Part shown: piece by piece, positions 34,174-44,341 of the stretch
Position numbering within the stretch: position 1 is the stretch's first letter
Layout: every line of letters starts with the position of its first letter
NCBI GenBank assembly: GCA_036559585.1
Contig: DATBSU010000029.1
Coordinates: 239-64,238, forward strand
Length of the DNA stretch: 64,000 nt
DNA from: Methyloceanibacter sp.
GTDB lineage: Bacteria; Pseudomonadota; Alphaproteobacteria; Rhizobiales; Methyloligellaceae
Direction: 5' to 3'
Program-made: the position numbers and the translations under genes
The notes under the pieces: generated by a model
What the model was told of the DNA's origin: nothing
The model's database searches: none
Seen by the model: only the letters and a program-made list of their open reading frames with translations

Positions 34174-35166
34174 TCAACACCCGGCCTTGTGACGCTCGGA
34201 GGCAGCCTCCTCGCGCACATGCGAAGGAGCCAACGGGAACTTGATGCCGAGCTCGGCGAAGCTCGAGCAGGCAGCGTCCTTCTGTCCGAGCGCGGCAAGC
34301 GACATGCCGAGCCTCAGCAGGCTGTCAGGCGACTTCGGGCTCGCTCCGTAGGATTTGTAACCCTTGAGGAAGGCGTCCGCCGCGCTCTTGTATTGACCGC
34401 GCACGTAATAGCTTTCACCGAGCCAATATTGCGCGTCGCCCGCAAGCTTGTCGTTGGGATAGGCCTCGATCAGCCGGCGGAAGGCGGTCTCCGCGGCAGG
34501 ATAATCGCGCCGCAACAAATCGCCATAGCCCTGGTTATAGAGCGTCGTGGCATCTGCGGGCGGGAACGAAGAGAGGCTCGGCGGTTGCGCGTCAGCGCTC
34601 TGCATCGGTTGTTCAGGCGCTTCGTCTGACGGCGGTGGCGCGGGTTCCTCGTCGGCATCGTCTGCCTTCTCCGGCAAGATACTTTTCGCGGCATCGGGCT
34701 CACCACCCGACGTGGCGGGCGCGGGCACGGCAGGTGGCGATGAATCGCCGTCTCGCAAAGGCCTGAGCGCCTCGTTCGGCGGCAATTGCTCTGGAGCCGC
34801 CGCCTGTGGTTTGGCCTGCAGCGCGGCAAGCTGCTTCGTCATCTGCTCGATCTGGCTAGTCAGCGCCGAGACTTGCGTCTCAAGCGCGTCGATGCGCGAA
34901 TCGATTTCGCCTCCGCCCTCCGGCTCTGCGACGGCACGAGGCGCCTGTACCTCTTCTTGCGGCAGCGTCACCCCGGGCTTCGACCGCAACAGGGACTCCA
35001 GCGCCCCGACCGTGACCTTCAACCCGCGGAGCTGCTCCTCGATGCTTTCGATGCGAGTGGAGGTCGTATCCCCCACAGACTTTGGTTCAGCCGTTTCCGC
35101 CAGCGAAGGCCCGATAGGAAGCGCGAGCAAGACCAGCGCCGCCCAAGAGAGCGTGAAGCGCCGCAT
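34174..35166 (-). CDS. cpoB: Tol-Pal system TPR protein YbgF/CpoB
   Basis: Signal peptide, coiled coil, AQYWLGESYY..PDSLLRLGMSL..AC TPR; downstream of pal. Confidence 0.9.
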   Translation of the reverse strand: MRRFTLSWAALVLLALPIGPSLAETAEPKSVGDTTSTRIESIEEQLRGLKVTVGALESLLRSKPGVTLPQEEVQAPRAVAEPEGGGEIDSRIDALETQVSALTSQIEQMTKQLAALQAKPQAAAPEQLPPNEALRPLRDGDSSPPAVPAPATSGGEPDAAKSILPEKADDADEEPAPPPSDEAPEQPMQSADAQPPSLSSFPPADATTLYNQGYGDLLRRDYPAAETAFRRLIEAYPNDKLAGDAQYWLGESYYVRGQYKSAADAFLKGYKSYGASPKSPDSLLRLGMSLAALGQKDAACSSFAELGIKFPLAPSHVREEAASERHKAGC

Positions 35167-35311
35167 TCGGCGCCGACTGAAAAGCGATAGAATCACGAGC
35201 GAGCCTTGCAATGCATGGGACAGCCCTATCGGGCAGCCTCGCGCCACGCAAGCCTATCGCATAGTTCGGCTAAACTGTTATCTCGCCTCGCCTCAGGCGA
35301 ACCCCACAGGG

Positions 35312-35827
35312 CTAGTTTCCGGCCATCGCCCGATTGTTGAGTACCGTCTGCGCGCGCCTGTTCTGCGACCAGCAGGAGATGTCGTCGCAGACTGCGATCG
35401 GCCGCTCCTTGCCGTAGGAGATGGTGCGCAGTCGGGACGCAGTCACCCCGTGGCTCGCGAGATAGCTCTTGACCGAGGTCGCGCGCCTGGCGCCGAGCGC
35501 GATATTGTATTCGCGCGTACCCCGCTCATCCGCATGGCCTTCCACAGTCACCGTGTATTGCGGGTACTGGTTGAGCCAGCGCGACTGGTCATTAAGGATG
35601 GTCTGCGCCTGCGGCGTGAGCTCGGAGCTATCGACCTCGAAACGCACCACATCGCCGACATTGACCGCGAAATCCCGCGACGTCCCTGGCGCGATGGGGC
35701 CCTCGCCACCAACACCGTATTGCTTTGGCGGCAACTGCTCTTTCGAGCACGCTGCAAGCAGGACCGCCATCGCCAGAACCCCCGCAATTTTGCAGGCCCG
35801 GCTAATCCTATTACTCGACCGCATCAT
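35312..35827 (-). CDS. pal: Peptidoglycan-associated lipoprotein
   Basis: LAAC lipobox; EGHADERGTREYNIALG, SYGKERP, QNRR. Confidence 0.97.
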   Translation of the reverse strand: MMRSSNRISRACKIAGVLAMAVLLAACSKEQLPPKQYGVGGEGPIAPGTSRDFAVNVGDVVRFEVDSSELTPQAQTILNDQSRWLNQYPQYTVTVEGHADERGTREYNIALGARRATSVKSYLASHGVTASRLRTISYGKERPIAVCDDISCWSQNRRAQTVLNNRAMAGN

Positions 35828-35926
35828 GGTTACTCCCACTACCCCAAATTCTAGGAAATCGTTGACTTGAAAACCTTAACGATCCCCTACCCCTCGTTTT
35901 CCTTGAGGTTGGCAGCGAAGAATAGT

Positions 35927-35985
35927 GAGGCAAAGCCTAGAAAACCGAGGCAAAGCCTAAAAAATGAGGCGAAGCCTAGAAAAGG
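35927..35985. repeat. Three tandem 19-20 bp repeats, each a mini-hairpin
   Basis: GAGGCAAAGCCTAGAAAA at 35927, GAGGCAAAGCCTAAAAAA at 35947, GAGGCGAAGCCTAGAAAA at 35966. Confidence 0.9.
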
Positions 35986-36034
35986 AATGGATGCCGAGGG
36001 CTACCACTTGGGCTCCCTGGCATCCTTTTCCTTT
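35981..36034. terminator. Hairpin, probable terminator of the small lipoprotein gene
   Basis: GGATGCC.AGGG...CCCTGGCATCC stem flanked by AAAGGAA and TTTTCCTTTT. Confidence 0.6.
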
Positions 36035-36071
36035 TGACGCGGAAGTTAGACTTCCGCTCAATCGCGCGTTA

Positions 36072-36227
36072 TTAGACGCGGACAACCTGCTCGACCACGA
36101 CGTCGGCTGACCCGAGCTTCAGGGGCTCGTGGGTCACGGCCTTTTCGTGATGGCCGAAGCAGCCACCAAGCGCAACGGTGGCGGCCACGATCGTGGCAAT
36201 GACGATAACGCCCTTCAAACCCTGCAT
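36072..36227 (-). CDS. Small lipoprotein (51 aa) between tolB and pal
   Basis: AAAGGAG RBS; MQGLKGVIVIATIVAATVALGGC lipobox. Confidence 0.75.
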   Translation of the reverse strand: MQGLKGVIVIATIVAATVALGGCFGHHEKAVTHEPLKLGSADVVVEQVVRV

Positions 36228-36465
36228 GGTCTTGTCTCCTTTGGTTAACCGGCAGTTGCCAACTCTGGGTGTACCGGTGTGGGGCATTCGGATCAAGATC
36301 GGACTGAAGTCTAGCGACTGTTTTGTCAGTCATTGATGCGAAAATGCCACGCCGATTTTCAGCCCCTCCAGCGCCTTTCACGCTGTCCGGATTGGGGGTA
36401 AGCCTGATCAATTATGGTTAAAAAACCGTTTGAAAATGCGCCGAAAGGCTACAACTGGCGCGTGC

Positions 36466-37803
36466 CTAATTGATCAGCGGCGACCAGGCGGGATCGGACC
36501 CGAACGCTGGCGTTGCCACCTGACGCTCGTTATAGCCGGTCAGGTCGATCGTAAAGAGACGCGGGCCGCCCGAAGCCCCGGGTGATTCTCTAAAGAACAT
36601 CAAAACCCTGCCATTCGGGGCCCAGGTAGGGCCCTCATTGTGGAAGCCCTCGGTCAGGATCCGCTCGCCCGATCCGTCGGGCTTCATGACGCCAATCAGA
36701 AACTGGCCGCCGGCCTGCTTGGTGAAGGCGATCAGATCCCCCCGCGGCGACCAAACCGGGGTAGAATAGCTGCCGCCTTCCCGGCTGATCTTGTGCTGGT
36801 TAGAGCCGTCGGAATTCATCACATAAAGCTGCTGCGATCCGTCCCGGTCCGACTCGAACACAACCTGGCGTCCGTCCGGCGAGTAACAGGGTCCGGTGTT
36901 GATCGCATCGACCTTGGTCAGCTGCGTGGTGCGCCGGCTGCGCAGGTCCATTGCGTAGACATTCGAGCTGCCGCCCTGCTCCAGGCTCATCACGATCTGC
37001 TGTCCGTTGGGGGAAAATCGGGGCGCGAAGGTCATGCCGGGAAAGCCGCCCACGATCTCCTTCTGCCCGGTCTCGATATTCAGCAGGTAGACCTTGGGGT
37101 CGTCGCCCTCATAGGACATGTAGGTGATGTCCTGGGTCGAGGGGCTGAATCGCGGCGTCACCACTAGGTCCTGGCCGGACGTTAATAGGCGCACATTGTG
37201 CCCGTCTTGGTCCATGATGGCTAAGCGCTTGATCCGCTTATCCTTTGGCCCTGATTCGTCGACGAACACGACGCGCGTGTCGAAATAGCCTGCCTCGCCC
37301 GTGATCTTCTCGTAGACCGCGTCCGCAATCAGATGGCCGATTCGCCGCGCATCTTTTGGCCTGGTGAAAAACTGCTCTCCGGCCAATTGCTTACCAGCGA
37401 GCACGTCCCACAGCCTGAACTCGGCTTTCAGCCTGCCGTCGCTGTCGCCGATTCGGCCGACCACCAGGGCCTGGGCATTGAGCACCCGCCAATCCTGGAA
37501 GCGCGGCGCCCTAGCGGTATCCAGCCCCTGCTCGATGAAGGCGGCATGATCGATCGGGGCGAACAGGCCGGACGATTTGAGGTCGGACGTGACCACATCC
37601 GAGATTTCCTTGGCGGTGGCGGGATCGAGCGAGCCGTCGGCGGTGAAGTCGGCGATGGCGATCGGCAAAGGCTGGATCGTGCCTTGGGTGATGTTGAGCT
37701 CAATCACGGCGAGAGCGGGCTTGGGCGAGATAAGAAGCGCCAAGGCGGCGAGGGCCGGGACGAGAGCTCGGAAGGCGATCGAAAGATTCAAGTTGGCTGT
37801 CAT
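36466..37803 (-). CDS. tolB: Tol-Pal beta-propeller protein TolB
   Basis: [24 protein letters not shown]40 repeats, SDPAWSP C-terminus. Confidence 0.97.
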   Translation of the reverse strand: MTANLNLSIAFRALVPALAALALLISPKPALAVIELNITQGTIQPLPIAIADFTADGSLDPATAKEISDVVTSDLKSSGLFAPIDHAAFIEQGLDTARAPRFQDWRVLNAQALVVGRIGDSDGRLKAEFRLWDVLAGKQLAGEQFFTRPKDARRIGHLIADAVYEKITGEAGYFDTRVVFVDESGPKDKRIKRLAIMDQDGHNVRLLTSGQDLVVTPRFSPSTQDITYMSYEGDDPKVYLLNIETGQKEIVGGFPGMTFAPRFSPNGQQIVMSLEQGGSSNVYAMDLRSRRTTQLTKVDAINTGPCYSPDGRQVVFESDRDGSQQLYVMNSDGSNQHKISREGGSYSTPVWSPRGDLIAFTKQAGGQFLIGVMKPDGSGERILTEGFHNEGPTWAPNGRVLMFFRESPGASGGPRLFTIDLTGYNERQVATPAFGSDPAWSPLIN

Positions 37804-37810
37804 GACAATC

Positions 37811-38653
37811 CTAGCCGCTGCCGTACATCTGGCTTGGGTCGAAATTGAGGATGAGGTCGCGCCAGACCGCGTATTTGTCGGCCGGAAGCGAGGAATAAGG
37901 CTGGCACTGATAGACGGCGCGCACGGCACTGTCGGCGGCGGCCTGGAAAAAGCCTGAGCCGCCGCCATTCTCGACGCTCGGATAGCCGACCAGGCTGCCG
38001 TCCTCATTGAGTTGCATCCTGAGCCTCACCACGATGTGCTCGGCACCAAGCCCGCCCGGGGGCGGACTCCAGCATTGCGCGATCTTGGCCCTGAGCGCGT
38101 CGATCTCGTTCACCGACATCGTCATCTCTGTCCCGGTCGATTGCCCATGCGTCTCCTTCTTCGCCTCCGGCGGCGTATCTGCGGCCTTGGGCGTAGGTTG
38201 GCTCTGATCAGGAATCTTGTTGAGCAGCGCCGAGATCCGATCCGCATTGAAGTCGCGCTTCTTCGCTTCCGGCGCCGGCTTCGGTTTCTTCGGCGGCTCG
38301 GTCTTCACCGGCTTCGGCTTCTCGGCCTTCACCACTTCCTTTTTCTCTTCGGTCTTGGGCTCGTCCTTCGGCTTCGCCTCCGCCTCTTTGTCGGGCACTT
38401 TCTCTTCGGGCTTCGGCTCCGTCTTTTCGGTCAGCGCCTTTGGCTTCGGCGCGTCCGGCTTCTTTTCCAGCGGACCATCGTCCTTGGCATCGACCATGCC
38501 GGCCTTGAGCTTGGTGAACTCCGACGGACTCATGACGTCAACAGGCACGTCGAGCAGCGGCGGCGCGTCGAGCCGCGCCGAGGGAAAGATCGCCACGGCC
38601 CAGACCAGAATCGCCGCATGCAGCGCGATGGAGATGACAGTGCTCCGGCGCAA
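37811..38653 (-). CDS. tolA: TolA-like cell envelope integrity protein
   Basis: SxxLH TM, K/E/P-rich linker, CW.PP...[15 protein letters not shown]; position in tol operon. Confidence 0.88.
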   Translation of the reverse strand: MRRSTVISIALHAAILVWAVAIFPSARLDAPPLLDVPVDVMSPSEFTKLKAGMVDAKDDGPLEKKPDAPKPKALTEKTEPKPEEKVPDKEAEAKPKDEPKTEEKKEVVKAEKPKPVKTEPPKKPKPAPEAKKRDFNADRISALLNKIPDQSQPTPKAADTPPEAKKETHGQSTGTEMTMSVNEIDALRAKIAQCWSPPPGGLGAEHIVVRLRMQLNEDGSLVGYPSVENGGGSGFFQAAADSAVRAVYQCQPYSSLPADKYAVWRDLILNFDPSQMYGSG

Positions 38654-38665
38654 ACCTAATCCCCT

Positions 38666-39115
<450 letters not shown>

Positions 39116-39127
39116 GAAGCTTATCCC

Positions 39128-39820
39128 TTACGACGTCTTGTCGATTTGCCGCGATAGGATCGCGCCGAACTCATCGGCGAAGCCCTCGAGCCGGCTGGCC
39201 TGGCGAGCGACCTCGCTATTGAATTTGTTATAGAAAATAACCGCCGGAATCGCGGCGAGCAGACCGAGCGCGGTCGCAAACAAGGCCTCCGCAATGCCCG
39301 GCGCCACCACGGCAATGTTGGTGTTCTTGCTCATCGCGATCGCCTGAAAGCTCGACATGATGCCCCAGACAGTGCCGAACAGGCCGACAAATGGCGCCGT
39401 TGAGCCCACGGTTGCCAGAAATGTCAGCCGCCGCTCCATGCGCTCGACCTCGCGACTGATGGTGACGTCCATCACCTTGTCGACGCGGAGCTGCACACCC
39501 GGCATCGGCTTGCCGGCATCGCGTTCGAGGCTTCGCTTCCATTCGCGCATCGCGGCAACGAACAAAGCGGCCATGCCGGTGTTCCTGCGCTGCGCCAGCG
39601 CCTGGTAAAGTTCTTCCAGCGACTGGCCGGACCAGAACACTTGCTCGAATTTGTCGGTTTCCTTCCGCGTCTTGGCGAACAGGAAGAACTTCTCGAGGAT
39701 GATCGCCCAACTCCACACAGACACCGCCAACAGACCGATCATCACGATCTTGACGACGATATGGGCGTTGCTGAATAGCTGCCAAACTGAGAGATCGACG
39801 GCGATGTCCGGCGGATTCAT
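39128..39820 (-). CDS. tolQ: TolQ
   Basis: PFVGLFGTVWGIM, VAPGIAEALFATALGL. Confidence 0.97.
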   Translation of the reverse strand: MNPPDIAVDLSVWQLFSNAHIVVKIVMIGLLAVSVWSWAIILEKFFLFAKTRKETDKFEQVFWSGQSLEELYQALAQRRNTGMAALFVAAMREWKRSLERDAGKPMPGVQLRVDKVMDVTISREVERMERRLTFLATVGSTAPFVGLFGTVWGIMSSFQAIAMSKNTNIAVVAPGIAEALFATALGLLAAIPAVIFYNKFNSEVARQASRLEGFADEFGAILSRQIDKTS

Positions 39821-40016
39821 GATGGCCCCGTGGCAATAGCTCCGACCCCCGCCCCGGGCTTTTGCCCTCGAGACGGCCAAACTGGGGGCCTCAAGCCTTC
39901 ACGCCGAGACCCCACGCCAATCGCCGGAATAGATTTTCCGCACCTAAACCGGCCCGACCTTACGCGAGCGAATGTGACAAAACTTGGGCTTGGTTACCGA
40001 GCCCGGCCCGCCCGCA

Positions 40017-40496
40017 TCATTTGGAATCCACGATGGGAGCGGGATGGTTAACGAATCGTTGAAGCGCTTCACGGATCACGGTTCCAATCCGCTGCGGTTT
40101 GCCTGCGCCCGAGATCAAAACCACGACGACCTTGGCCCGAACGATGACGGTATCGCCGCGGCGCACCTCCTGGGTAAGCGTGAGCGAGGCTCCCCCGATC
40201 TCGGCGCAGTGCGTGACGACCTCAAGCAGATCGTCCAGGCGCGCAGGCTTCAGATAATCGATCTCGACACGGCGGACGACGAAAACTTGCGCCTCGCCTT
40301 GTTCGGGATTGGCGAGGCTCTGGTGATGAACGCCGAGCAGCCTGATGAAATCGGTACGGCCCCGCTCGATAAACTTGAGGAAGTTGGCGTGGTAGACCAG
40401 GCCAGCAAAATCCGTGTCCTCGAAATAGACACGGATGGGAAGAACATGGACATCGCCTTCGATCCGCCCGGCCAGGTCAGGCCAGTCTTTCGTCAT
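40017..40496 (-). CDS. ybgC: Tol-Pal-associated acyl-CoA thioesterase
   Basis: [26 protein letters not shown]. Confidence 0.93.
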   Translation of the reverse strand: MTKDWPDLAGRIEGDVHVLPIRVYFEDTDFAGLVYHANFLKFIERGRTDFIRLLGVHHQSLANPEQGEAQVFVVRRVEIDYLKPARLDDLLEVVTHCAEIGGASLTLTQEVRRGDTVIVRAKVVVVLISGAGKPQRIGTVIREALQRFVNHPAPIVDSK

Positions 40497-41530
40497 TCGT
40501 CACCGTTGTTGAAGAGTGGGAATTGCGCCGCCGGCCGTTCCGGTTGATCAAGCCCGAGATGCGCGAACGCCGCCGGTGTGAGCATGCGCCCGCGCGGGGT
40601 TCGCGCGATGAAGCCTTGCTGCAACAGATAAGGCTCGATGATTTCCTCGATGGCGTCGCGCGGCTCTGACAGCGCAGCCGCGATGGTCTCGATGCCGACC
40701 GGACCGCCGGCGTAATTGATGGCGACGCAGCGAAGATAGCGATGATCGAGTGCATCGAGCCCGCGATTGTCGACTTCGAGTTGCGACAGCGCGCCGTCGG
40801 CAAGCTTGGCATCGACCGCAGACGCGCCTGCCACATTGGCGAAGTCGCGCACGCGACGGAGGAGGCGTCCTGCGACGCGCGGCGTGCCCCGCGCGCGCCG
40901 TGCGATCTCATGCGCGCCCTCTTGCGTCAGCGGCAGCCCAAGCAGCCGCGCGCCGCGCCGCACGATCTCTTCGAGCTCTGGGACCTCGTAAAATTCGAGC
41001 CTGATTGGAATGCCGAAGCGTTCGCGAAGCGGCGTGGTGAGAAGACCCGTGCGCGTCGTGGCGCCGATTAGGGTGAAGCGCGATAGATCGATGCGGACCG
41101 ATCGCGCCGCCGGCCCCTCGCCGATAATGAGGTCGAGCTGATAGTCCTCCATCGCCGGATAGAGAATTTCCTCGATCGCCGGATTGAGCCGATGGATTTC
41201 GTCGATGAAGATAACGTCGCGATCCTCGAGATTGGTGAGAAGCGCCGCAAGGTCGCCGGCCTTGGCAATCACCGGACCGGACGTCGCACGGAAATTCACG
41301 CCGAGCTCGCGCGCCACGATCTGCGCCAGCGTTGTCTTGCCCAACCCGGGAGGCCCTGCAAACAACACATGGTCGAGCGCTTCGCGCCTGGATCGGGCGG
41401 CATCGATGAACACCTTGAGATTACTACGGATTTTGGCCTGTCCGATGAACTCAGCAAGCGTCTGCGGGCGCAAGCTCACATCCGCATGGTCCTCGTCCCG
41501 CTTCACCGCCGCCAGCATCCGATCAGCCAT
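40493..41530 (-). CDS. ruvB: Holliday junction helicase RuvB
   Basis: [28 protein letters not shown]. Confidence 0.99.
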   Translation of the reverse strand: MADRMLAAVKRDEDHADVSLRPQTLAEFIGQAKIRSNLKVFIDAARSRREALDHVLFAGPPGLGKTTLAQIVARELGVNFRATSGPVIAKAGDLAALLTNLEDRDVIFIDEIHRLNPAIEEILYPAMEDYQLDLIIGEGPAARSVRIDLSRFTLIGATTRTGLLTTPLRERFGIPIRLEFYEVPELEEIVRRGARLLGLPLTQEGAHEIARRARGTPRVAGRLLRRVRDFANVAGASAVDAKLADGALSQLEVDNRGLDALDHRYLRCVAINYAGGPVGIETIAAALSEPRDAIEEIIEPYLLQQGFIARTPRGRMLTPAAFAHLGLDQPERPAAQFPLFNNGDE

Positions 41531-42140
41531 GGGCGAGCTCCTTTAAGCCCAGCCGGATCAGATCTTCGGGTCGCGCGTCGCGTCCTGCTTTGCCGATCGC
41601 AGCCGAGATCGCGCCGGCGGCTTGCGCATGTCCATAGCCGAGATTGGTGAGCGCCGAGACGGCGTCTTGCGCAGCGAGGCCGTCCGGCAACGCCGCAACC
41701 GGACCATATCCTCCACCGACGACGATCGCAGGCGCGAGTGTCGGCATCTTGTCTTTCAACTCGGCGACGATGCGCATGGCAACCTTGGGCCCGACGCCAG
41801 GCGCACGTGACACCGTGCCCTTGTCGCCGAGCGAAACAGCATTGGCGAGATCTGACGTCGACAAGGTGCCGAGCACGGCGAGCGCGATCCGGGCACCGAT
41901 ACCCTGCACGGTTTGCAACGCGCGGAACCAAGCACGCTCATGTTCGGTGACAAAACCATAGAGCCTGATCTCGTCCTCGCGTACATGGGTGTCGATGGCA
42001 AGGCTCACAGTCTCGCCGATCGCGGGCAATGCGCCGAATGTGCGCGCGCCGACCGTCACCTCGTAGCCGACACCGCCGACATCGAGAATGACGGCATTGG
42101 TCGAGATTGCGTCGAGCCTTCCGGTGAGTTTGCCGATCAT
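41523..42140 (-). CDS. ruvA: Holliday junction binding protein RuvA
   Basis: MIGKLTG, GGVGYEV, VRED..LYGF, PGVGPK, ALTNLGY. Confidence 0.97.
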   Translation of the reverse strand: MIGKLTGRLDAISTNAVILDVGGVGYEVTVGARTFGALPAIGETVSLAIDTHVREDEIRLYGFVTEHERAWFRALQTVQGIGARIALAVLGTLSTSDLANAVSLGDKGTVSRAPGVGPKVAMRIVAELKDKMPTLAPAIVVGGGYGPVAALPDGLAAQDAVSALTNLGYGHAQAAGAISAAIGKAGRDARPEDLIRLGLKELAHG

Positions 42141-42661
42141 GGCGCGTCCTTCAACTCGGCGACGATCCTCGCCTCTAATCGCGCGAATGTGCGACCATGT
42201 GCATGCGTGATGGCGATGGCGAGCGCGTCGGCCGCGTCCGTGCTGTCGAAACTTGAGCGCGGCAGAAGATGCGTGACCATGGCGCGGATCTGATCCTTGC
42301 CGGCGTGACCTGCGCCAACCACGGTCTTCTTCACCGCGTTCGGTGCGTATTCGGCGATCGGCAGCCCGAGCAGCGCCGGCACCAGCATGGCGATGCCCCG
42401 CGCCTGGCCGAGCTTCAGCGTGGCGCCGGCGTCGCGATTGACGAAGGTCTGCTCGATTGCGGCCTCCACCGGCTCGAGCCGGGCCAGCACTTGCGACAGA
42501 CCGTCGAACAATTGCCGCAAGCGCACCCCGAGGCTTTCGGCTTGGTCCGACTCGACCGAGCCGCAAGCGACAAAGCCGAGCCTTACCCCGTCATAGTCAA
42601 TGACGCCCCAGCCAGTGCGCCTCAAGCCCGGGTCGATGCCGATAATGCGGATATTTCCCAT
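42137..42661 (-). CDS. ruvC: Crossover junction endodeoxyribonuclease RuvC
   Basis: [24 protein letters not shown]. Confidence 0.98.
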   Translation of the reverse strand: MGNIRIIGIDPGLRRTGWGVIDYDGVRLGFVACGSVESDQAESLGVRLRQLFDGLSQVLARLEPVEAAIEQTFVNRDAGATLKLGQARGIAMLVPALLGLPIAEYAPNAVKKTVVGAGHAGKDQIRAMVTHLLPRSSFDSTDAADALAIAITHAHGRTFARLEARIVAELKDAP

Positions 42662-42829
42662 GGTGTTGGCCAGAATCGGGTCCCAGTGGGCAACGAATCA
42701 CCTTGCGCCAGTGTGCCACGCGGGCGCCCGCCAGGGGTAGCCGGGAGCAGGCGTGCACAAAAATTCCTCATGACAGGAAGGGCTTGCCCGGGCTAATCGA
42801 GCGTATCCGGGGTAACAACCGCGTGTTTG

Positions 42830-43315
42830 ATGGTCTCAATCCTCGATAGTTGCGCCGGCGTACCCCGGCAGGAGTTCCCGGCTGGAACTGTCCTGCTTTC
42901 CGAGGGCGACACCTCAGGGCGCCTCTACGTGCTGGCGTCCGGCAGCGTCGAAGTGCTGCGTGGCGATACCCAGGTCACCATCATCAGCGATCCGGGCGCC
43001 GTGTTCGGCGAGATGTCGGTGCTGCTCAACCGGCCGCACACGGCGACGGTCCGGGCTTTATCGCCGGTCGGCGTCTTCATGTTCGAGGATGCGCAAAGCT
43101 TTCTCAAATCCAATCCTGAGATCGCCTTCCTGCTAGCGAAGTTGCTCGCCGAGCGTCTCAACGGCGCCACCACCTATTTGGTCGATCTCAAGCGGCAGTT
43201 CGAAGGCCACGGCAACCATCTCGGCATGGTCGGAGAGATTCTGGAATCGCTGATCCACCAGCAGCATCAGGAATTCACGCTTGGCCCGGAACGCGAGACG
43301 GATCCACGACTCTAG
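42830..43315 (+). CDS. Stand-alone cyclic-nucleotide-binding domain protein
   Basis: EGD..G.LYVL.SG.VEV, FGEMSVL..PHTATV; no HTH. Confidence 0.88.
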   Translation: MVSILDSCAGVPRQEFPAGTVLLSEGDTSGRLYVLASGSVEVLRGDTQVTIISDPGAVFGEMSVLLNRPHTATVRALSPVGVFMFEDAQSFLKSNPEIAFLLAKLLAERLNGATTYLVDLKRQFEGHGNHLGMVGEILESLIHQQHQEFTLGPERETDPRL

Positions 43316-43370
43316 TTTTGAGCATGATCTTATCGGAAAACCGGTTCCCACTTTTTCGGATCATGCTCTT
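43316..43370. repeat. Palindromic intergenic repeat, copy 2
   Basis: GAGCATGATC...GGAAAACCGGTTCCCACTTTTTC..GATCATGCTC with 10-bp terminal inverted repeat. Confidence 0.8.
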
Positions 43371-44137
43371 AGCCACTCTGGCAAAGCCTCGAGCCGCTTC
43401 ACCGGACGCTCGAGCGGCTGATCGAGCCTGATGAACTGATGGGTGATTGCCGAAAACCAAAACGCCTCGTGAGTCTCGGTGTCGATGATGATGTGCGTCG
43501 GCAGCGGGCCTGGCTGATTGCCGGCATTGAACACCCATGTATTGCCGATGCGATCGACCCACGAACCGTCAGGGATAAACGGTGACTGGTGCACGTGACC
43601 GGATAAAACAATGTCGGGTTTGTATCGCTCGATCCACTCTCTGAGCTCGACATCGCCGAAATAGCGCGCGCCGCCCCAACTTGTCTGCGACTCCGCCGGT
43701 GGCGCGTGATGGATCCAGATCCATTGACCGGTGCGTTTCGCAGCGGCCTCGGCGAGCTGTACCGCAATTCCTTCGCGCGCGATCGGGCCGTCCCACCAGG
43801 GGCAGATGGTGAAGAACGTGCCCTCGACCACCACCGACTCGCCGTCCGACAACACGCCTTCATTCTGCGAGGTGCCGAGCCACTTGGCGATCTTCTCTCC
43901 CACCTCGTTCTTCGAATCGAGATCGTGATTGCCGGAGCAGATCAGGAGGCGGGTTTTTTCGCGCAATCGATTGAAGTATTTCCGGATCACGACGCTCTGC
44001 GCCCGTCCGTCCACCAGCGAGGCGACATCGAGATGATCGCCAGCGATGACGACCACGTCGAAATCGGGCGCCATCTCCAGCACCCAATCATATTGGGGCA
44101 GCGAGTAATGCAGATCGGCGACGAGGAGGAGGCGCAT
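43361..44137 (-). CDS. Calcineurin-like metallophosphoesterase (Icc/CpdA-like)
   Basis: ADLH, AGD, SGNHD, HHAPP, GHVH motifs. Confidence 0.9.
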   Translation of the reverse strand: MRLLLVADLHYSLPQYDWVLEMAPDFDVVVIAGDHLDVASLVDGRAQSVVIRKYFNRLREKTRLLICSGNHDLDSKNEVGEKIAKWLGTSQNEGVLSDGESVVVEGTFFTICPWWDGPIAREGIAVQLAEAAAKRTGQWIWIHHAPPAESQTSWGGARYFGDVELREWIERYKPDIVLSGHVHQSPFIPDGSWVDRIGNTWVFNAGNQPGPLPTHIIIDTETHEAFWFSAITHQFIRLDQPLERPVKRLEALPEWLRA

Positions 44138-44341
44138 GGGGTGGCGTCTCGGTTCGGGCGAATTTGGTCGCCGCTCATAGCACAAAGCGAGGGAATCCGC
44201 TCCCTTCTAGGTAGGAAACGTGACGTTTCGGCGATGAACGCCCACTGAACTCTGGCTTCACAACAGGTTCAGGCGCTTTGTGGGATAACGGCAAGATGCA
44301 TAGCCTCGCCGCCCGAGGCTCATCCTGACAGGAGAGGCGTC

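Noticed and set aside
34547-35854. 435-aa plus-strand ORF
   Set aside because: Antisense to cpoB and pal; no motifs.
35927-35985. Possible mini-CRISPR
   Set aside because: Repeats are about 18 bp with 1-2 nt between them, so there are no spacers; no cas genes.
41523-42566. Long N-terminal extensions in the ORF track (ruvA 347 aa; likewise tolB, tilS, ymdB, ACP, DUF4239)
   Set aside because: They overlap upstream genes or RNAs; downstream starts with RBS or coupling fit family lengths.
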